Origin: a virus
Length of the DNA: 64,000 bases
Direction: 5' to 3' (one strand)
IMG/VR virus record: IMGVR_UViG_3300034062_007046
Span: 1 to 64,000 of that record
Shown: one piece after another, positions 59,577-64,000 of the stretch
How positions within the stretch are numbered: position 1 is the stretch's first letter
Layout of the letters: every line of letters starts with the position of its first letter
Position numbers and translations under genes: made by a program
The notes under the pieces: model-generated
Seen by the model: only the letters and a program-made list of their open reading frames with translations
The model's database searches: none
Told to the model about the DNA's origin: nothing

Positions 59577-59963
59577 ATGGAAAAATTAAAAGCTTTATTT
59601 TTAAAAATTAAAAAATGGATATGGCTTGCGATAGCTGGAATTGTTATTGCATTTGTAGCTTGGAAAAAACATTTACAATCCGAAACTAATTCGCAGCTTG
59701 CTAATAAAGAGGAAGAAATAAAAAACAAGGCTGATGAAAAATTAGTAGTAGAAACAACTAAATTAGAAGAAGAAAAAAAGAAAGAGTTAAATAGGATAGA
59801 AGAAGAAAAAAAGAAAAAAGAGTCTGAGTTAGCAGCGCAGGAGCTAAAAGAAAAAATAAGATTAACAAAATTAGCTAAAGAAAATAGAGAAGAATTTAAA
59901 AAAGAAGTAGCTAAAAAAACAGGAGTTGCTGAGAAAAAGAAAGGAAGACCTAAGAAGAGATGA
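59577..59963 (+). CDS. N-terminally anchored coiled-coil protein (i-spanin-like)
   Basis: Single N-terminal TM helix followed by an E/K-rich coiled coil. Confidence 0.45.
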   Translation: MEKLKALFLKIKKWIWLAIAGIVIAFVAWKKHLQSETNSQLANKEEEIKNKADEKLVVETTKLEEEKKKELNRIEEEKKKKESELAAQELKEKIRLTKLAKENREEFKKEVAKKTGVAEKKKGRPKKR

Positions 59964-60415
59964 TAAACCTTAAAAACGTACTCATAACACTGGTGTTGCC
60001 AATTATTTTGGCGACACAACCAGCTATTGCCTTAGCAGAAACACCAGAACTGGATTCCGAGGGATTTATAGAATTAGAGCAGGGACAAGTTTCACCTGTA
60101 GGTGGGCTACTTTTTGATGATAAGGCTATGGCTAAACTCTTAGCAAACCAAGAATCAAAAATTGCTAAAATAGCTTTAGAAAAAGATACAGAGATTTCTA
60201 AAATAAAATTAGTATTAGAAACAGATATAAAGAAAAAAGAGAAAGAAATAGAAATAAAAGAAGAACTACAAAAAAGTTTATTAAATGCAAAGCAAGAAAG
60301 AATAGATCTCTTAGAAAAACAAAACAAGTGGTCTAATCTATATTTTATAGGCGGTTTTATAGTTGGCGTTACAATATCTATAACAATATTTTATGCAGCG
60401 GTACAGATAAAGTAG
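59960..60415 (+). CDS. Exported coiled-coil protein with C-terminal TM helix (spanin-like?)
   Basis: Signal peptide ending AIA-LA, coiled coil, C-terminal GGFIVGVTISITIFYAA; no lipobox Cys. Confidence 0.45.
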   Translation: MINLKNVLITLVLPIILATQPAIALAETPELDSEGFIELEQGQVSPVGGLLFDDKAMAKLLANQESKIAKIALEKDTEISKIKLVLETDIKKKEKEIEIKEELQKSLLNAKQERIDLLEKQNKWSNLYFIGGFIVGVTISITIFYAAVQIK

Positions 60416-60422
60416 AGGAAAT

Positions 60423-60770
60423 ATGAAGGACTTAAACTATATTCAAGCATTAGAAAAAGCAGTGAAAGAAAAGTATGGTGATCTCGCCACCCAGAACCCA
60501 AAACAATTCTGGGATGAAGAAAAGGAAAAACAATACATTCAGCAACAAAAAGAAGCAGTTTTTAAAAAATATAAAAACGAAGAGACAAGAGAAAAAGTTG
60601 AAGTCGACGGAGTTTTATTACCAAAGAAACTAATTAATAAAAATATAGAAAAACAATGTAGTATTTGTAAAAAATACTCTTTCGATAAACGTGACGATTT
60701 ATATTTAAATAAATTTAAAGCTTGTTATAGATGTTATTTATGTGAGTTAGAGGATAAAAAAAATGGCTAA
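60423..60770 (+). CDS. Zinc-finger hypothetical protein
   Basis: CxxC...CxxC at the C-terminus; GAGG RBS. Confidence 0.65.
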   Translation: MKDLNYIQALEKAVKEKYGDLATQNPKQFWDEEKEKQYIQQQKEAVFKKYKNEETREKVEVDGVLLPKKLINKNIEKQCSICKKYSFDKRDDLYLNKFKACYRCYLCELEDKKNG

Positions 60771-61266
60771 TATTTTAGAAGTTATTGTAGGAATTCAAGA
60801 TGCCTTAAAAGCCAAACACCATGGTGGCACTGAATTTGGTCTTAAACGAGAAACGCAAGATTTAATTCAAGGATGCTCAATCTACGATCCAAGAGTTATG
60901 GATGGGTTCGGTGTGCAATTTCAAGGTGATCGTTTGATTATTAAATATCATAGCGAAGAGCCCCTAACAAGAATTCATAATAAAAATTTTGAAACTGACA
61001 CAAGAGATATTGTAAAACAAATCACAAAACATCTCAAAGAAGAATATCGTAAATCAACAAAATCAAGCTTATCATTGACGGAAGAAGGCGATATCCAAAT
61101 TTTGGTTCAAACAGCAAATCGTAGAACTGCCTATGTAAATGCTATTCAAGTTTATAAAATCGGAAATGTAGATATTGATGGTTCTGGAGAGAAGGTATAC
61201 GATTCAGAACAAGAACGCATGGCAGATATTTCAAAACGCTGGTTAATGAATACAAGATCAAAATAA
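60763..61266 (+). CDS. Hypothetical protein upstream of terminase
   Basis: GAGGA RBS; overlaps the previous ORF. Confidence 0.7.
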   Translation: MANILEVIVGIQDALKAKHHGGTEFGLKRETQDLIQGCSIYDPRVMDGFGVQFQGDRLIIKYHSEEPLTRIHNKNFETDTRDIVKQITKHLKEEYRKSTKSSLSLTEEGDIQILVQTANRRTAYVNAIQVYKIGNVDIDGSGEKVYDSEQERMADISKRWLMNTRSK

Positions 61267-61284
61267 GGTAATCAGGGTGATGGC

Positions 61285-62862
61285 ATGTCTTACAAATTAT
61301 CTAAAGAAGAACTTAAAAGTGAAATTCTTAAATGCGGAAGAGATCCAGCATATTTTTTAGATAATTATGCAAAAATTGTTCATCAAGAAAGAGGCGTAAT
61401 ACCGTTTAAAACGTTTGCTTTTCAAAAGCAGCTCTTGAATGACTTTCATGATCATAGATATAATATAATTTTAAAAAGTCGCCAGATGGGTATTTCGACT
61501 ATCGTATCTGGCTACTGCTCTTGGATGATGCTTTTTCACAAAGAGAAGAACGTCCTCGTCATGGCAACAAAACAAAAAACTGCCATTGAAATAGTCGATA
61601 AAGTTAAAGATATAATCGAGTCAGTCCCAGACTTTCTAAAATTAGCCACTGTCACAGTAAATAATAAAACTACATTTGAACTAAGCAATGGTTCAAAAAT
61701 TCAAGGTACGCCAACCAGCAAAGATGCTGGTCGTGGTCAAGCCTTAAGCCTTTTAATTGTTGACGAAGCTGCATTCGTTGACGATATGGATGACCTCTGG
61801 ACAGGTCTATTACCAACTATTTCAACTGGTGGGCGCTGTATCGCTCTATCAACTCCTAATGGTGTCGGTAATTGGTTTCATAAAACGTATGTAGACTCGG
61901 AAGCTGGTGGAAACAATTTTAAACCTACAAAACTCTCTTGGACGCTACATCCAGAGTATGATCAAGCTTGGTTTGATAATATGACCAAGAACATGAGCAA
62001 AAGACAAATTGCTCAAGAGTTTGAATGTAATTTTAATCAATCTGGTGAAACTGTCATTAATGCGGATGATATTAACCGCATGAAAAAAAATTCAAGGGAA
62101 CCTTCTTATAAAACTTATATTGATCGAAATTTACATATCTGGAAACCTTTTGAATCTGGTGGCAGTTATCTTTTAAGCGCCGACGTTGCTCGCGGAGATG
62201 GAAAAGACTATTCAGTTTTCCATATCATTGATGTAAAAAATATGGAACAAGTAGCGGAATATCAAGGAAAATTAGATCCTGATAATTTTGCTAAACTTAT
62301 TTATGATACTGGGTTAGAATATGGTGGTTGCATGGTTGTTGTAGAAAACAACAACATCGGATACTCTGTGATCACAAAGCTTGTAGATATGCGCTATCCA
62401 AATGTTTATTACAGCACAAAATCATCTCACGAATTTATGGATACCACTTCTGCACAGTATAGCAGTAATAGTGTTCCTGGGTTTACTACAACCATGAAAA
62501 CACGTCCACTAATTGTAGCTAAACTTGATGAATTTATCCGTAACAAAAACGTAAATATTAACTCGCAAAGAACTCTGAATGAATTAGACACGTTCATATG
62601 GAATAACGGTCGTCCAGAAGCACAAAAGGGTTATAACGATGATTTAATTATGTCTCTCGCTATAGCTTGTTGGGTGAGAGACACTGCTATAATAAACAAC
62701 GAAAGAAATTTGGAGTATTCAAAAGCGTTTCTTGGGGCTTTAACAAACTCAAGAAATTATCTTAATACCACCATACCTGGTATGCAGGGGTATGAATATG
62801 AACAAAAAATTAAACAACAGCAAAATACTTATAAACAATTTGCTTGGTTGATAAAAGGTTAA
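61285..62862 (+). CDS. terL: Terminase large subunit (T4 gp17-like)
   Basis: KSRQMGIST Walker A, LIVDEAAF Walker B, STPNG, ADVARG.GKDYS, VENN and DDLIMSLA. Confidence 0.95.
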   Translation: MSYKLSKEELKSEILKCGRDPAYFLDNYAKIVHQERGVIPFKTFAFQKQLLNDFHDHRYNIILKSRQMGISTIVSGYCSWMMLFHKEKNVLVMATKQKTAIEIVDKVKDIIESVPDFLKLATVTVNNKTTFELSNGSKIQGTPTSKDAGRGQALSLLIVDEAAFVDDMDDLWTGLLPTISTGGRCIALSTPNGVGNWFHKTYVDSEAGGNNFKPTKLSWTLHPEYDQAWFDNMTKNMSKRQIAQEFECNFNQSGETVINADDINRMKKNSREPSYKTYIDRNLHIWKPFESGGSYLLSADVARGDGKDYSVFHIIDVKNMEQVAEYQGKLDPDNFAKLIYDTGLEYGGCMVVVENNNIGYSVITKLVDMRYPNVYYSTKSSHEFMDTTSAQYSSNSVPGFTTTMKTRPLIVAKLDEFIRNKNVNINSQRTLNELDTFIWNNGRPEAQKGYNDDLIMSLAIACWVRDTAIINNERNLEYSKAFLGALTNSRNYLNTTIPGMQGYEYEQKIKQQQNTYKQFAWLIKG

Positions 62863-62865
62863 AAA

Positions 62866-64000
62866 ATGGCTAATAGTAATTCATATACTAAAAAAAGTAT
62901 TTCAAGCAACAATCCAAAAAATCAAGAGTCGCCACTCTATAATGCATTAACAAGGCTCTTTTCTGGACCAGTAATAAACTATCGTCAACAGTCGCAAATT
63001 CGCTTTAAACGTAGAGATTTAGATCGTTTTAAATTCACTTCAACAAGTGGACAAAGCTTTAAGAAGAAAAGCTACAATCCATTTGAAGCCATACAAAGTA
63101 ACATCATGGCTAATCAAAGCCGTGCAGAACGTTATAGCGATTTTGATCAAATGGAATTCATGCCAGAAATCGCATCAGCAATGGATATTTATGCAGATGA
63201 GATGACTACTTTTAATCAATTTAGACCAATTTTATCAATCGATTGCAAGAACGAAGAAATAAAACAAATATTACATAGTCTTTACTACAAAACTCTTAAT
63301 ATTGAACAAAATTTGTATGGCTGGTCTCGTACAATGGTCAAGTTTGGTGATTTTTTCTTATATCTTGACATAGATGAAAGGATTGGAATCAAAAGTGTGC
63401 TTGGGTTACCTTCACCAGAGGTTGAAAGACTTGAAGGAGAAGACGAAACTAACCCAAATTATGTACAATTTCAATGGAACAGCGCACAGATGACATTTGA
63501 AAATTGGCAAGTAGCCCATTTTCGCATTCTTGGACAAGATAAGTATTCTCCATACGGTACATCCATCTTAGAGCCTGCTCGTCGCATTTGGCGTCAACTA
63601 CAATTATTAGAAGATGCTATGATGGCTTATCGAATCGTCCGCGCTCCAGACCGTCGTGTATTTAAAATTGATGTTGGAAATGTTCCACCACAAGACGTTG
63701 AGCAATATATGCAAAAAATTATAGCTCAAATGAAACGCAATCAAATTGTAGATCCAAATACTGGTCGTGTAGATCTTCGATATAATCCAATGAGTATTGA
63801 TGAAGACTATTTTATTCCTATTCGTGGAACAAGTAGCGGAACCAGCATAGATACACTTCCTGGTGGACAATATAATGGCGCTATTGACGACGTTAAGTAT
63901 TTAAGAGATAAATTGTTTTCTGCTCTTAAAATTCCTCAAGCATATCTCGCAAGAGGTGAAGGCGCAGCAGAAGATAAAACAATGTTGGCGCAAAAAGACA
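62866..64000 (+). CDS. Portal protein (T4 gp20-like), 3'-truncated by the window edge
   Basis: Own translation from ATG 62866: PEIASAMDIYADE, LEDAMMAYRIVRAPDRRVFKIDVGN, EDYFIP, IDTLPGG and DDVKYLRDKLFSALKIP; absent from the ORF track. Confidence 0.93.
   Translation, partial: MANSNSYTKKSISSNNPKNQESPLYNALTRLFSGPVINYRQQSQIRFKRRDLDRFKFTSTSGQSFKKKSYNPFEAIQSNIMANQSRAERYSDFDQMEFMPEIASAMDIYADEMTTFNQFRPILSIDCKNEEIKQILHSLYYKTLNIEQNLYGWSRTMVKFGDFFLYLDIDERIGIKSVLGLPSPEVERLEGEDETNPNYVQFQWNSAQMTFENWQVAHFRILGQDKYSPYGTSILEPARRIWRQLQLLEDAMMAYRIVRAPDRRVFKIDVGNVPPQDVEQYMQKIIAQMKRNQIVDPNTGRVDLRYNPMSIDEDYFIPIRGTSSGTSIDTLPGGQYNGAIDDVKYLRDKLFSALKIPQAYLARGEGAAEDKTMLAQKD

Noticed and set aside
59318-60019. 233-aa minus-strand ORF
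   Set aside because: Phe/Ser-rich antisense of Lys/Glu-rich plus-strand genes.
63607-63870. Minus-strand ORF at the window end
   Set aside because: Antisense to the clearly recognisable portal gene.
1-64000. Stop-codon reassignment as seen in some large phages
   Set aside because: Standard-code ORFs tile the window with full-length conserved proteins, and TAA, TAG and TGA all end genes.
61285-64000. Intein or intron in terminase or portal
   Set aside because: Normal lengths and uninterrupted motif order; no intein splice motifs or homing endonuclease seen.

Overview
AT-rich, gene-dense, entirely plus-strand segment of a large tailed dsDNA phage (jumbo-type myophage distantly related to T4-like phages; standard genetic code). 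1-8.1 kb: nucleotide-sugar and glycan-modification cluster (two GT4 glycosyltransferases, DegT-like aminotransferase, RmlB, two methyltransferases, 2OG-Fe(II) dioxygenase, WbqC, hexapeptide acyltransferase, beta-propeller). 8.2-9.9 kb: FmdB zinc ribbon and a gp55-like sigma factor. 9.9-39.8 kb: baseplate and tail genes (gp5-like with GH19, spike, gp25, gp6, giant LamG-containing protein, gp15-like). 39.9-54.2 kb: fibre module, including a Ser/Thr/Ala-rich coiled-coil fibre with its own candidate promoter and terminator, two DUF2827-like putative glycosyltransferases and several paralogous fibres. 54.2-59.3 kb: RuvC-like resolvase, primase and a fused SbcD-SbcC nuclease. 59.3-64 kb: holin/spanin-like genes, large terminase and a truncated portal gene missing from the ORF track. 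The best candidate new systems are (i) phage-encoded virion O-glycosylation (sugar pathway, DUF2827 pair and a [ST]-[GAS]-S motif enriched in putative surface proteins) and (ii) a modular plug-and-socket fibre network, in which a shared N-terminal peptide and a shared ~90-aa domain recur across several fibre genes, with a possibly related domain on the gp15-like protein. A recurring CTAnTTA motif is a candidate late promoter. No tRNA, rRNA, CRISPR array, integrase or transposase was seen. All family assignments come from motif recognition by eye, with no database searches.
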